Source: Bryobacteraceae bacterium (GTDB taxonomy: Bacteria; Acidobacteriota; Terriglobia; Bryobacterales; Bryobacteraceae). Taken from it: a stretch of DNA of 64,000 nt. The stretch's first letter is position 1, and the number at the start of each line of letters is the position of its first letter. The stretch spans positions 158 through 64,157 of the forward strand of contig DATGII010000157.1 in the NCBI GenBank assembly GCA_035295805.1, read 5' to 3'. This document shows, piece after piece, positions 26,347-36,184 of the stretch. A model generated the notes under the pieces. It saw only the letters and a list, made by a program, of their open reading frames with translations. It was not told the DNA's origin and did not search any database. The position numbers were made by a program, and so were the translations under genes.

Positions 26347-28353
26347 ATGTGCGGCATCTGCGGATTTGTGAACTTCACCGGCCCTGGCGAGGCCGGTCTC
26401 CTGCCCGCGATGATCTCGGCAATTCACCACCGCGGGCCCGACGACACCGGGTTCTACCGCTGCGCCCAGGCAGGCTTGGGCCACGCGCGGTTAAGCATCA
26501 TTGACGTGGAGGGCGGCCGCCAGCCCATGTGCAATTCCGACGGCACGCTGTGGATCACGTTCAACGGGGAAATCTTCAATCACGTCGAGTTGCGCGAGGA
26601 GTTGAGCGGACGCGGGCACCGCTTTCGCACGCGCTCGGATACCGAGGTAATTCTGCACCTGTACCAGGAAGAAGGCGAGCGGTGCGTCGAACGGCTGAAC
26701 GGCCAATGGGCCTTCGGAATCTGGGACGCGCGCGCAAGCAAGCTCTTTCTTTCTCGCGACCGTATGGGCGTCCGACCTCTGTTCTATACCCGGACCAGCG
26801 ATCAGTTTCTGTTCGGATCGGAAATCAAGGCGCTATTGGCCTGCCCGCAAGTGACGCGGGAACTGGATCTGCAGGCTCTCGACCAGATCTTCACATTCTG
26901 GTTCGCGCTGCCGCCGCGCACGGCCTTCCGGAATATTCATCAATTGCCGCCGGGACACTCGCTTACCCTGCAAAACGGCGAGGTCCGGATATGGCGCCAT
27001 TGGACTCTCGAGTTTCCGGCAGAGGAGGAATTTCCGGAAGACGCCGTGGACCGGCTTGCCGAAGAATTCCTGGCGCTGCTGACGGACGCCACGCGCATCC
27101 GCCTGCGGTCGGACGTGCCGGTCGGGGCGTACCTCAGCGGAGGCCTGGATTCGACGATCATTGCCGCGCTGGCCCGCAAGGCGGCGGGCAGGCGCCTGCG
27201 CACGTTCTCGGTGCAATTTGACGATCCGGCTTACGACGAGACGCCTTTCCAGCGCGAGGCCAGCCGGTTTCTCGGAACCGACCACAGCGCGGCGCAGTGC
27301 ACCGGGCAGGACATTGCGCGGGTCTTCGTGGATGTGGTCCGCCACGCCGAGCAGCCGCTTCTGCGGGCCGCTCCGGCTCCCATGTTCCTGCTGTCGAAAC
27401 TGGTCCATGACAGCGGCTTCAAAGTCGTGCTTACTGGCGAGGGCGCGGACGAAATGATGGGAGGCTATGACATTTTCAAGGAGGCAAAGATCCGGCGCTT
27501 TTGGGCGCGAGACGCCGACTCGTCGCTGCGGCCCCTCCTGCTGCGGCGCTTGTATCCGTACCTCGACGATTTGCAGCGCCAGCCTCCGCAATACCTGAAG
27601 CGGTTCTTTCACGTCACGGCGGCCGATCGGGCCAGCCCCTTCTTTTCGCACCTGCCCCGCTGGGAATTGACGGCAAAATTGAAAACGTTTCTATCGGCCG
27701 AAGCGCGCCGGGCGGCCTCCCCGGATTGCCTTCTTCCCGAGTTGGAGCGGACGCTCTCCGCCTCATACCATGGCTGGAGACCCTTCCATCAGGCCGAATA
27801 CCTGGAGGCCGCCTATCTTCTGCCGGAATACATTCTTTCTTCGCAGGGCGACCGCATGGCGATGGCGCATGCCGTGGAGAGCCGATACCCGTTTCTCGAT
27901 CACCGCGTGGTGGAGTTTACCGCCAGGCTCTCTCCGCGCCTCAAAATGAAAGTGCTGGATGAAAAGCACCTGCTGCGGCGCGCGGCCGCCGGAATCGTCC
28001 CGGAAATCATCCGCAAGCGGCGCAAAATGCCGTATCGCGCTCCGGACGGTAAAAGCTTCTTCAGCTCCAAAAACGAACTGGTCGATGATTTGCTCTCGCC
28101 GGATCAGATTCAGCGGGATGGCGTTTTTGATTCGCGGAGCGTCAACGCTCTGGTGGCCAAATTCAAGAGCGGGCGCGCGACGGGCGCGAAAGACAACATG
28201 GCTTTGCTCGGCATCCTGTCGACGGAGATTTTGTTGAAACACCTGATGCAGCACCAGACCGCTTCCCGTTCGCGGGAAAGGACAAATAACTATGCAGATA
28301 GCGGAACAAATACGAGCGTTCATCGCGGAGAACTTTCTCTTCGGACCTTGTGA
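26347..28353 (+). CDS. asparagine synthase (glutamine-hydrolysing)-like amidotransferase
   Basis: The start is set at MCGICGF (Ntn Cys2); the track ORF begins upstream at 26185. PP-loop AYLSGGLDSTIIAALA. Confidence 0.88.
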   Translation: MCGICGFVNFTGPGEAGLLPAMISAIHHRGPDDTGFYRCAQAGLGHARLSIIDVEGGRQPMCNSDGTLWITFNGEIFNHVELREELSGRGHRFRTRSDTEVILHLYQEEGERCVERLNGQWAFGIWDARASKLFLSRDRMGVRPLFYTRTSDQFLFGSEIKALLACPQVTRELDLQALDQIFTFWFALPPRTAFRNIHQLPPGHSLTLQNGEVRIWRHWTLEFPAEEEFPEDAVDRLAEEFLALLTDATRIRLRSDVPVGAYLSGGLDSTIIAALARKAAGRRLRTFSVQFDDPAYDETPFQREASRFLGTDHSAAQCTGQDIARVFVDVVRHAEQPLLRAAPAPMFLLSKLVHDSGFKVVLTGEGADEMMGGYDIFKEAKIRRFWARDADSSLRPLLLRRLYPYLDDLQRQPPQYLKRFFHVTAADRASPFFSHLPRWELTAKLKTFLSAEARRAASPDCLLPELERTLSASYHGWRPFHQAEYLEAAYLLPEYILSSQGDRMAMAHAVESRYPFLDHRVVEFTARLSPRLKMKVLDEKHLLRRAAAGIVPEIIRKRRKMPYRAPDGKSFFSSKNELVDDLLSPDQIQRDGVFDSRSVNALVAKFKSGRATGAKDNMALLGILSTEILLKHLMQHQTASRSRERTNNYADSGTNTSVHRGELSLRTL

Positions 28354-28591
28354 CGAATTGGGAGACAACGAATCGTTTCTCGAGAGTGGAATTCTCGACT
28401 CCACCGGCGTCCTGCAGCTTGTCGATTTCCTCGAACAGGCATATGGGGTGAAGGTTGAGGATGAGGAACTGATTCCCGATAACCTGGATTCCATCGAGAA
28501 GATCTCGGCCTATCTGGAACGCAAACTCCACGGAGCCTGCGCCGGTGCAACTCCGGCGGTTCAAACGGCCGATGCCGGGGGGCGGTTGTGA
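28292..28591 (+). CDS. acyl/peptidyl carrier protein (DltC-like)
   Basis: 99-aa ORF. MQIAEQIRAFIAENFLF...LESGILDSTGVLQLVDFLEQAYGV carries the phosphopantetheine Ser in the DS motif. Confidence 0.75.
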   Translation: MQIAEQIRAFIAENFLFGPCDELGDNESFLESGILDSTGVLQLVDFLEQAYGVKVEDEELIPDNLDSIEKISAYLERKLHGACAGATPAVQTADAGGRL

Positions 28592-29577
28592 GCGCGCCGG
28601 CCGCCTTGTCAATGGACCTTCTGCGGCTGGATGCGGCGGCCGAGTGCAGCCGCATCACCGGCGCCATCCGTCAGATCGTTTTTCATGAACTGAAGCGAAA
28701 GGGCGCTGTGGTCGGCGTCTCCGGCGGAATCGATAGCACCGTTGTGGCCTTTTTGTGCGCCCGCGCTCTGGGTCCGGAGCGCGTATTCGCTCTGTTTCTC
28801 CCGGAGGAGGATTCTTCCCCCGACAGCCTCCGCCTCGGCCGGCTGGTCGCGGAATCGCTGCGTATCCGCTCGGCCGTGGAAGACGTCGGCCCTCTGCTGC
28901 GCGCGGCGCGCTGCTATGAGCGGCGCGATGACGCCATCCGCCTCGCCGCCCCCGAATATGGCGCGGGTTACAAATCGAAGATCGTGCTGCCCGATCTGCT
29001 GCACGCGAGCGGGTATCCCATCTTTTCCGTCGTGGTCCAAACGCCCGCAGGAGACACGCGAACGGTTCGCCTGAGCATGGCGGCGTACCTGGGAGTGGTG
29101 GCGGCGACGAACTTCAAGCAGCGCGCCCGCAAGATGATGGAGTATCACTACGCCGACCTGCTGCAGTACGCAGTAGCCGGAACCCCGAACCGGCTGGAAT
29201 ACGACCAGGGGTTTTTCGTGAAAAACGGAGATGGCGCCGCGGATTTCAAGCCCATCGCGCATCTGTACAAGTCCCAGGTTTATCGGTTGGCGGAATACCT
29301 GGGCGTGCCGGAAGAAGTCCGGCGCCGGAAGCCGACCACCGACACCTATTCGCTGGAACAATCGCAGGAGGAATTCTATTTCACGCTCCCGCTGGAAAAG
29401 ATGGATCTGTGCCTCTACGGGATCGACCACGGCATGACTGCCGGGGAGCTCGCGGCGCTGGTCGAAATGAAACCGGAGCAGGTTGAGCGGGTGTTCGGCA
29501 TGATTCGATCGAAGCGCCGCATGGCGCGTTATCTTCACGCGCAGCCGATGCTGGTGCAGGAAGTGAGCGCCCGATGA
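28588..29577 (+). CDS. NAD+ synthetase (NadE)-like PP-loop ATP pyrophosphatase
   Basis: 329-aa ORF. GTGA overlap with the ACP stop. VGVSGGIDSTVVAFL (SGGxDS). Confidence 0.8.
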   Translation: MSAPAALSMDLLRLDAAAECSRITGAIRQIVFHELKRKGAVVGVSGGIDSTVVAFLCARALGPERVFALFLPEEDSSPDSLRLGRLVAESLRIRSAVEDVGPLLRAARCYERRDDAIRLAAPEYGAGYKSKIVLPDLLHASGYPIFSVVVQTPAGDTRTVRLSMAAYLGVVAATNFKQRARKMMEYHYADLLQYAVAGTPNRLEYDQGFFVKNGDGAADFKPIAHLYKSQVYRLAEYLGVPEEVRRRKPTTDTYSLEQSQEEFYFTLPLEKMDLCLYGIDHGMTAGELAALVEMKPEQVERVFGMIRSKRRMARYLHAQPMLVQEVSAR

Positions 29578-31214
29578 CTGGCGCGCCGCCCCCTGCAGCC
29601 CGGAACGTGGCCGAATATCTGCTTGGCGGAAAACCGGCGGACCGGCCCGCGCTTCATTTGGCCCATGCGGATCATACCTACGGCGAATTGCAGGATGCCG
29701 TTCGCGCCGTGGCTTGCTATCTGCGCCGGCAAGGCGCTGTGAAGGGCGAACGCGCGATCCTGGTAGCCGAAAACTCGCTGTTCTGGGTTGCCGCTTACCT
29801 GGGCACGCTCGAAGCTGGCATGGTTTCGGTTCCTCTGCCGGCCGGAACGCCGCCGGAAGACCTGCATGCGATCGTAGGGATCACGGAAGCGCGCGTCGCT
29901 TTCGTGCAGGCCGCGATTCTCCATCGGAATCCCGGGCTGTTTCGCGGCATGCACCTGATCACCGACCGCGAGACCGCGCCGATTCCGATCGCCGTTTCAC
30001 AAACGAATTGGGGGGAAGTTCTTGCTTCCGGCGCCGGCGCCGACACTCCGGATTCACCGGGGGACGCCGACGGCCTGGCGGCGCTGATGTTCACATCCGG
30101 CTCGACCGGCGCCCCGCGCGGCGTCATGGTGTCGCACCGCAACATCATCGCCAATACCGAATCGATCATCGCCTATCTCGGGCTCACCGAGCGGGACCGC
30201 ATCATGGACGTGCTGCCGTTTCACTATTGCTTCGGAGCGTCGCTGCTGCACACCCATCTCCGGGCCGGCGCATCGATCGTTGTAGACCAGCGCTTTCTGT
30301 ATCCGGAAGCGGTGCTGCAGCGGATGATCGAAACCCGATGCACCGGTTTTGCGGGCGTGCCGAGCCATTTTCAGATTCTGCTGCGCAATTCGAGTCTGGC
30401 GCGGACTGCGCTGCCGCATCTGCGGTACGTGCAGCAAGCCGGCGGATGCCTCGCGCCCGGGTTCGTCCGCCAGTTGCGCGCCGCGCTGCCCGGGACTCGG
30501 ATTTTCATCATGTACGGGCAAACCGAGGCCACGGCGCGCCTGTCCTACCTGCCGCCCGAATTGCTGGATCGCAAGCCGGGCTCGATCGGCAAAGGCATTC
30601 CCGGCGTGCGCTTGCTCGTGCTGGATGAATCGGGAACTTCGGTGCTGCCCGGCGAGACCGGTGAAATCGTCGCGGCCGGCGAGAACATAACGCGCGGTTA
30701 TTGGCGCGCGCCGGCCGAGACCGCGGCCACGTTCCGGAACGGCCAGCTGTACACCGGCGATCTCGCCACAGTGGACGCAGATGGATTCATCTACATCATC
30801 GGCCGCGCCAAAGACATGCTCAAGTGCGGCGGAGAACGCGTCAGCTGCCGGCGCGTGGAAGAGGAGTTGCTGGCCGTAGCCGGCGTCGAGGACGCCGCCG
30901 TAACCGGCATTCCGGACGATGTCCTGGGCGAAGCCGTGCAGGCCTTCCTGGTAATGCGCAGGCCGGCATGCGGAGCGGCCTGCGACTGGCGCCGTTGCCG
31001 TGCTTTCCGCGAGCAGGTGCGGACGGCCTGCCGGCAGCGTCTCCCGGCGCAACTGATTCCGCGCCAGATCGTGCTCACGCCGGAACTGCCCCGGAGCAGC
31101 GCGGGCAAGCTGCTGAAGTCACGCCTGAACGCGCCGGGCCCCCTCACCGGGGCTGATATTATGACTTTCGATGAGGTGGACAAGAGCGCTGCTGGCTGTG
31201 CTGCTGGGCTTTGA
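29574..31214 (+). CDS. AMP-dependent synthetase/ligase (adenylate-forming enzyme)
   Basis: 546-aa ORF. ATGA overlap with the preceding gene. AMP-binding motif LMFTSGSTGAPRGVMVSH, plus YGQTE and the later GDLATVDADGFIYIIGRAKD. Confidence 0.88.
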   Translation: MTGAPPPAARNVAEYLLGGKPADRPALHLAHADHTYGELQDAVRAVACYLRRQGAVKGERAILVAENSLFWVAAYLGTLEAGMVSVPLPAGTPPEDLHAIVGITEARVAFVQAAILHRNPGLFRGMHLITDRETAPIPIAVSQTNWGEVLASGAGADTPDSPGDADGLAALMFTSGSTGAPRGVMVSHRNIIANTESIIAYLGLTERDRIMDVLPFHYCFGASLLHTHLRAGASIVVDQRFLYPEAVLQRMIETRCTGFAGVPSHFQILLRNSSLARTALPHLRYVQQAGGCLAPGFVRQLRAALPGTRIFIMYGQTEATARLSYLPPELLDRKPGSIGKGIPGVRLLVLDESGTSVLPGETGEIVAAGENITRGYWRAPAETAATFRNGQLYTGDLATVDADGFIYIIGRAKDMLKCGGERVSCRRVEEELLAVAGVEDAAVTGIPDDVLGEAVQAFLVMRRPACGAACDWRRCRAFREQVRTACRQRLPAQLIPRQIVLTPELPRSSAGKLLKSRLNAPGPLTGADIMTFDEVDKSAAGCAAGL

Positions 31215-31323
31215 AGGATTCCTGCTGCTCCGCCCCGACGGCGTGCTGGTGCGCGCCGCGCAACACGGACACCGCAAGGAAGACGATCAGGCGGCTCTTT
31301 GGTGGCGCCGAAGCCCGGTACAT

Positions 31324-31671
31324 ATGGGCTGCTCGGTTCGCTCCTGCACGCGTCCGGCGACGCGCACCGCCACCTACCGCCAAATGAGCCCGCGCGGGGC
31401 CATCTGGCGCGCCTACGGCTTTTGTGAGGCGCATGACCCGCCGCAGACTCTGACCGGTTTGGTTTACCGGCTCGGTCAGCCGGAGCAGCCGGGATACGAC
31501 GTGCCGCTGACTCCATTCTGGACGGAGGTTTATTTTCTGCTCGGCATTCTGGCATTCGGCATCTGGTGCGCCTGCGTGTGGCGGTATGCGACTCCCCGGA
31601 CCGGCCGGGCCGCGTGGTCGTGCCTGCTGGTGCTGCAGGCGGTCGTTGTGGCGGGATTTTGGATTTATTAA
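31324..31671 (+). CDS. hypothetical small Cys-containing protein with two C-terminal TM helices
   Basis: The track ORF is 31171-31671. From ATG 31324 it reads MGCSVRSCTRP...AYGFCEAHDPP...FWTEVYFLLGILAFGIWCACVW...LLVLQAVVVAGFWIY. Support comes only from hydrophobicity and position. Confidence 0.35.
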   Translation: MGCSVRSCTRPATRTATYRQMSPRGAIWRAYGFCEAHDPPQTLTGLVYRLGQPEQPGYDVPLTPFWTEVYFLLGILAFGIWCACVWRYATPRTGRAAWSCLLVLQAVVVAGFWIY

Positions 31672-31687
31672 GGCAGCGTCCGGCCGG

Positions 31688-32584
31688 TTACTGTTCGAAA
31701 GCAACCAGGCGGCCCTCTACGTTGTTTCGTAGCGCCTCTTCGGCAGGGAAGCGTTCCGGCCCATGGTGCGCCAGCATGGACGCCAGCAGACCGCCATAGC
31801 TGGGCGGAATGCGGTAGCGGACCGCGGAGTAGCCCAGCGCGTCGGCCATCAAGCATGCCGCTTTGACTACTTGCAGAAGGGGAGAATCGCCCGGCCGCAG
31901 CGGTTCGTGGTGGTGCTCGCAGATTTCGACAAACGCCGCGGGAAACGCCCACGTCTTCACAAGCCACGCGCCCGCGGTTCCGTGATCCACGTTTACCGCG
32001 ACATGCTCGGCCATCAGCGCGTCCGCCGCATCGTTGTATGGGGCGGCCAGGATCGGAGCGACTTCGCGCGCGTAAGACTTCAGCAAGCCCAGCCGGCCGA
32101 TATCGTGCATGAGAGCGGCGGTATAGGCCCGATCCCCCGCCAGGTCGAAGTTCGAAGAGATCTCCTCGGCGATCACGGCGCATGCCGCCGTATGCCTCCA
32201 GCATTGGCGGATCAAAGGGCTTGCTTGCCCCAGATAGGCCCGCATGGCCACCGTCACCGCCAGCGCCTTGATGCGGTCCAGCCCCAAAACCGCCACGGCG
32301 TGGCGCAGGACGTGCATCTTCGACGGAAAGCCGAATAACGGCGAGTTCGCAAGAAAAAGAATTTCGGCCGCGAACGCGGGGTCGGCTTCGATTACCGCCG
32401 CCAGCTCCGGCAGGTCGACATTGTCGTCGGCCGACAGCGAAAGCACCTGGTTTGCAATCGAGTGCAGAGGCGGCAGGTTGCAGAGCTTGGCCGGGATCGT
32501 GAGTTCCTGAGCCTGAACGTTTTTTCCGGGATCTACGAGCGCCGCCGGCTTCCTCGGCAATGCGCCGGCCACCTTATCGGGCAT
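31688..32584 (-). CDS. HDOD domain signalling protein
   Basis: 298-aa ORF. LPELAAVIEADPAFAAEILFLANSPLFGF...VLGLDRIKALAVTVA...LMHDIGRL is the HDOD pattern. Confidence 0.85.
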   Translation of the reverse strand: MPDKVAGALPRKPAALVDPGKNVQAQELTIPAKLCNLPPLHSIANQVLSLSADDNVDLPELAAVIEADPAFAAEILFLANSPLFGFPSKMHVLRHAVAVLGLDRIKALAVTVAMRAYLGQASPLIRQCWRHTAACAVIAEEISSNFDLAGDRAYTAALMHDIGRLGLLKSYAREVAPILAAPYNDAADALMAEHVAVNVDHGTAGAWLVKTWAFPAAFVEICEHHHEPLRPGDSPLLQVVKAACLMADALGYSAVRYRIPPSYGGLLASMLAHHGPERFPAEEALRNNVEGRLVAFEQ

Positions 32585-32705
32585 ACCTTTGAATTATCGG
32601 TTGCAGAACGGCCTGGGTCGATAATGCCTTTCGTTAACTGCGGCGGCGGAATCCCGGCTGTCCCGCCGCGCTTCGGCTATACTCTACCCGAAGGAAGCCT
32701 CGGCC

Positions 32706-32921
32706 ATGACAGAAGCATGTCCCACCCGGGAAGAAATCGTCGGGCACATCAAGCACGCGATGACGGAGATCTTTTCGATTCACAGCGATGAAGTCACGGC
32801 GGCCATTCGCGGCGATTTCACCACCCATGACGAACTGCGGGGCCGGCTGGAAAAGGCCCAGGAGATGGAGAGCCTCCTCATCGACCGGCTGCGCAGGCAC
32901 ACCGAAGAGCACGGCTGCTGA
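32706..32921 (+). CDS. hypothetical small helical protein
   Basis: 71-aa ORF (MTEACPTREEIVGHIKHAMTEIF...). The composition is coding-like, with no recognisable motif. Confidence 0.4.
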   Translation: MTEACPTREEIVGHIKHAMTEIFSIHSDEVTAAIRGDFTTHDELRGRLEKAQEMESLLIDRLRRHTEEHGC

Positions 32922-33256
32922 AACCGCCGCTCAGGCGTTCGCGATCCGTGCGAAGGAAAAGTCCTCTTATCCTTCCGCCGCCTCGTCGCATTTCTGCCGG
33001 TAGGCGCCCCCAACCGCCGATGTAAAGCATAATCACGTGCGGTTTGCCCGGCACGTGGGCGCCCGTGATGGCGTCGAAGCCGATCGCGAAATACCAGGCT
33101 GTCGGCCTGAGAACCCATCGCCCTGCCGGGGTTGATACCATACACCACGGCGAATTGCCGCGCCAAGCGGGCCCGGTTGCAAACCAGGTCCCGGTTACAA
33201 TTCGTAAAACGCCCGCGGCGGAGAAACGGATGCACGCCGCGCACAGGGGAAGGGCC

Positions 33257-34282
33257 ATGAACAAACTTGCCGCATTCTCGATTGTGATCGCTGCCGGAGT
33301 GCTTATCGCCGCCGATGCTCCCCAAACCGCGCCGGACTGGGCCTACGGCTATCTGAAACCCTGGGCGCCGGGCGATCCGGTGGCGCCTCCCTGCCCGGCT
33401 ATCGCGAATGCATTTCCGGATTGCGCGTACGCGGCGCCGGCGCCGCCGGATGACGGCGTTAAGCACGAGCTGCCGGGCACTACCTTGAGATTCACGCGCA
33501 CTGAAGCCTATTTCGATTACGGGCCGGCTGACTGGCACCCCGGCGATCATCCGCCCATGCCGGACATTGTGGCGCATGGTAAACAGGCGGTGGGTACCCG
33601 CGCCTGCGCACTGTGCCACTTTCCGAATGGCCAGGGCAAGATGGAAAACGGCGGCGTCGCGGGCTTGAGCAAGGGCTATATTCTGCAGCAGCTCAAAGCC
33701 TTCCGCACGGGCGCGCGTCACAGCAGCGATCCGCGCAAAGCCAACACCAACGAGATGGTGCAGATCGCCCGCTCCCTTACCGAGGAAGAGGCCGGCGCCG
33801 CGGCCGCCTATTTCTCGTCGATGAAGTGGCGCCCGTGGGTCAAGGTGATGGAGGCGGAGTCGGCCCCGGCAGTCCGCAGCACGACCAATGGCCTGTTCCT
33901 CCCGATCCCGAAAGCGGCGCCGGTTGCGCTGGGAGATCGCATTATCGAAGTTCCGGAAAATCCGGAGCGGACCGATGTCATGCGAGATCCGCACTCCGGC
34001 TTTATTGCCTACGTGCCGGTTGGGAGCGTTGCCAAAGGCCGCGAGCTCGCCGGGAATGGCGGCGGCAAGACCACCGGCTGCGCGGGCTGCCACGGTGCGG
34101 ATCTGAACGGGAAAGACGACATTCCCGGCATTGCCGGGCGCAGCCCGAGCTATCTCATGCGCCAGCTCTGGGATTTCAAGCAAGGTACGCGGAAGAGCGC
34201 CGTGATGGCCCCGCTCGCCGCAAAGCTGGATGTCGGCGATATGATCGCGCTGGTCTCGTACGCCGCTTCCCGTACGCCTTAG
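33257..34282 (+). CDS. dihaem c-type cytochrome, exported
   Basis: The start is set at MNKLAAFSIVIAAGVLIAADA (signal peptide); the track ORF starts at 33044. Two CxxCH motifs (CALCHF, CAGCHG). Confidence 0.8.
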   Translation: MNKLAAFSIVIAAGVLIAADAPQTAPDWAYGYLKPWAPGDPVAPPCPAIANAFPDCAYAAPAPPDDGVKHELPGTTLRFTRTEAYFDYGPADWHPGDHPPMPDIVAHGKQAVGTRACALCHFPNGQGKMENGGVAGLSKGYILQQLKAFRTGARHSSDPRKANTNEMVQIARSLTEEEAGAAAAYFSSMKWRPWVKVMEAESAPAVRSTTNGLFLPIPKAAPVALGDRIIEVPENPERTDVMRDPHSGFIAYVPVGSVAKGRELAGNGGGKTTGCAGCHGADLNGKDDIPGIAGRSPSYLMRQLWDFKQGTRKSAVMAPLAAKLDVGDMIALVSYAASRTP

Positions 34283-34421
34283 ATAGCCGGGCGCTATCAA
34301 CTTTGTTGATGTTGCGCATCGATCCGCCCGGCCGGGCCGCGCGAGCGGGAAGATTATAATTGGTGGTGGGAACCGTGCAGCGCCCCTTGGCGCGGCCGGC
34401 TCATTTCGGGAGTCATTTTCC

Positions 34422-36149
34422 ATGCGTATTGGTTCACTCATTGTGCTCGCCGCTTTGTGCGTCGCTCCTTATCCCATCGCGTTCGCAGCTACGGCCAGCC
34501 CGGTGGCGGATGCGGCCATGCGCGGCGACAAGACGGCGGTCCAGTCGTTGCTCGCCGGGAAAGCGGATGTGAACGCACCCCAGACCGATGGCGCGACCGC
34601 GATTCAGTGGGCGGCGTATCGCAACGATCTCGAACTGGCCGATCTGCTGATTGCAGCCGGGGCGAACGTCAAGCTGGCCAATCATGACGGCGCCACCCCG
34701 CTCTGGCTGGCGGCGGAGAATGGCAGCGCGGCCATGATCGAGAAGCTGATCGAAGCCGGCGCCGACCCCAACGAGCGGCGCGCCAATGCCGGCGATACGC
34801 CTTTGATGATGGCGGCGCGCAACGGGAACGTGGCTGCGCTGAAGGTTCTGCTGGACCACAAAGCCGATCCCAACTTGAAAGAAACCCTGCGCGGCACGAC
34901 CGCTCTGATGTGGGCGGCGGAGCAGGATCACGCCGACGCCGTCAAGGTGCTGCTCGCGCATGGCGCGGATTTCAATGCGGCCACCGAACCGGACACGCGG
35001 AACTCGCGGCTGAACATTGCGCCGACCGTTCAGCAGCGTATCCAGCAGGACGCAAATTTCGGGGCGCGGCGCCCCGGCCGGGCCCGCGCCGGCGCGCGAG
35101 GCGGCGCTGCGGCGGAAACCGCGGCCGCTGATGATTTCGAAGCATTTTTTCGCGGACCGCAAGTCAAGGACGGCGGCGGACTGACGCCGTTGATTTACGC
35201 CGCGCGCGAAGGCTGCCTGGATTGCGCCCGGATGCTGGTGGAAGCCGGCGCCGACGTCAATCAGGTGAGTAAATACGGTTGGACTCCGCTGCTGACCGCT
35301 GCTCAAAACCGGCACTACCGGCTGGCGGCGTACCTCCTCGATAAAGGCGCGAATCCGAATTTGCCCAATAAGGGCGGCTGGACGCCCCTCTACCTCGCCA
35401 CCGACAACCGCAACATCGAGAGCGGCGATTATCCGGTCCGCAGACCGGACATGGATCATCTGGATTTCATCAAGCTGCTCATCGAAAAAGGCGCCAACGT
35501 GAATGCGCGCATTTGCGGCGCCGAATCCACGGCTAAAGAGTGCAAGGGCGACACCACCGAGACGCGCACCAATTTCACCATGCAGTGGCTCTACGAAGAC
35601 GGCGCCACGCCCTTCCTGCGCGCCGCGCAGTCCGGCGACGTCACGCTCATGAAGCTATTGCTCGACCACGGAGCCGATCCCAAGATCGCTACCGCCCACA
35701 ATGACACCGCGCTCGCTGTGGCGGCGGGCATCGGCTGGGTGGAAGGCGTTACCTTTGAATGGTCGCCCGAGCAGAGCCTGGAAGCGGTCAAAATGTGTTT
35801 GGATCTCGGTATTGATCCGAACGTGGCCGACGACCAGGGGCGCACTGCGCTGCACGGCGCGGCCCACAAGGGCCGGACCGACGTGATTCAACTCCTGGTG
35901 GATCACGGAGCCAACCTGGAAGCTCACGACTACGGGAGCCGCGACACCTTCGCCGGCGCCATGAAGGGCATGACCTGGATCCCGCTGGACTGGGCGCGCG
36001 GCCTGGTGCGGGTCGGCGTGCAATCGGCGATTCCGCATCCGGAAGCCGAAAAGCTGCTGGTTAAATTGATGACCGATCGCGGGCTCAAGATCCCCCCGCC
36101 GCCGGCCTCATCGATTTGCCTGACCAAGGGCGTCAACGGCTGCCAATAA
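34422..36149 (+). CDS. ankyrin-repeat protein with signal peptide
   Basis: 575-aa ORF with signal MRIGSLIVLAALCVAPYPIAFA and many ANK repeats (DGATPLWLAAENGSAAMIEKLIEAGADPN etc.). Confidence 0.88.
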   Translation: MRIGSLIVLAALCVAPYPIAFAATASPVADAAMRGDKTAVQSLLAGKADVNAPQTDGATAIQWAAYRNDLELADLLIAAGANVKLANHDGATPLWLAAENGSAAMIEKLIEAGADPNERRANAGDTPLMMAARNGNVAALKVLLDHKADPNLKETLRGTTALMWAAEQDHADAVKVLLAHGADFNAATEPDTRNSRLNIAPTVQQRIQQDANFGARRPGRARAGARGGAAAETAAADDFEAFFRGPQVKDGGGLTPLIYAAREGCLDCARMLVEAGADVNQVSKYGWTPLLTAAQNRHYRLAAYLLDKGANPNLPNKGGWTPLYLATDNRNIESGDYPVRRPDMDHLDFIKLLIEKGANVNARICGAESTAKECKGDTTETRTNFTMQWLYEDGATPFLRAAQSGDVTLMKLLLDHGADPKIATAHNDTALAVAAGIGWVEGVTFEWSPEQSLEAVKMCLDLGIDPNVADDQGRTALHGAAHKGRTDVIQLLVDHGANLEAHDYGSRDTFAGAMKGMTWIPLDWARGLVRVGVQSAIPHPEAEKLLVKLMTDRGLKIPPPPASSICLTKGVNGCQ

Positions 36150-36184
36150 CTTCGGGCAGGCTTCCAGCCTCCCGCGCCCGTCGC

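Noticed and set aside
28609-31052. Long - strand ORFs opposite the NadE-like and AMP-ligase genes (28609-29538, 30054-31052, 30791-31555)
   Set aside because: These are shadow ORFs. The + frames carry the SGGIDS and SGSTGAPRG signatures.
31171-31323. Upstream part of the 166-aa ORF after the AMP-ligase
   Set aside because: It overlaps the ligase by 44 nt and its sequence is not membrane-like or motif-bearing. The internal ATG at 31324 is preferred, and even that gene call has low confidence.
32878-33264. 128-aa - strand ORF in the 335-bp gap before the cytochrome gene (…WYFAIGFDAITGAHVPGKPHVIMLYIGGWG…)
   Set aside because: The short central stretch looks protein-like, but I cannot match it to a family and the rest is Arg/Gly-rich. 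It may be a gene remnant, but that is not supportable by eye.
32780-34441. 553-aa - strand ORF
   Set aside because: It is extremely Arg-rich and antisense to the small ORF and the dihaem cytochrome c gene, whose CxxCH motifs and signal peptide support the + frame.
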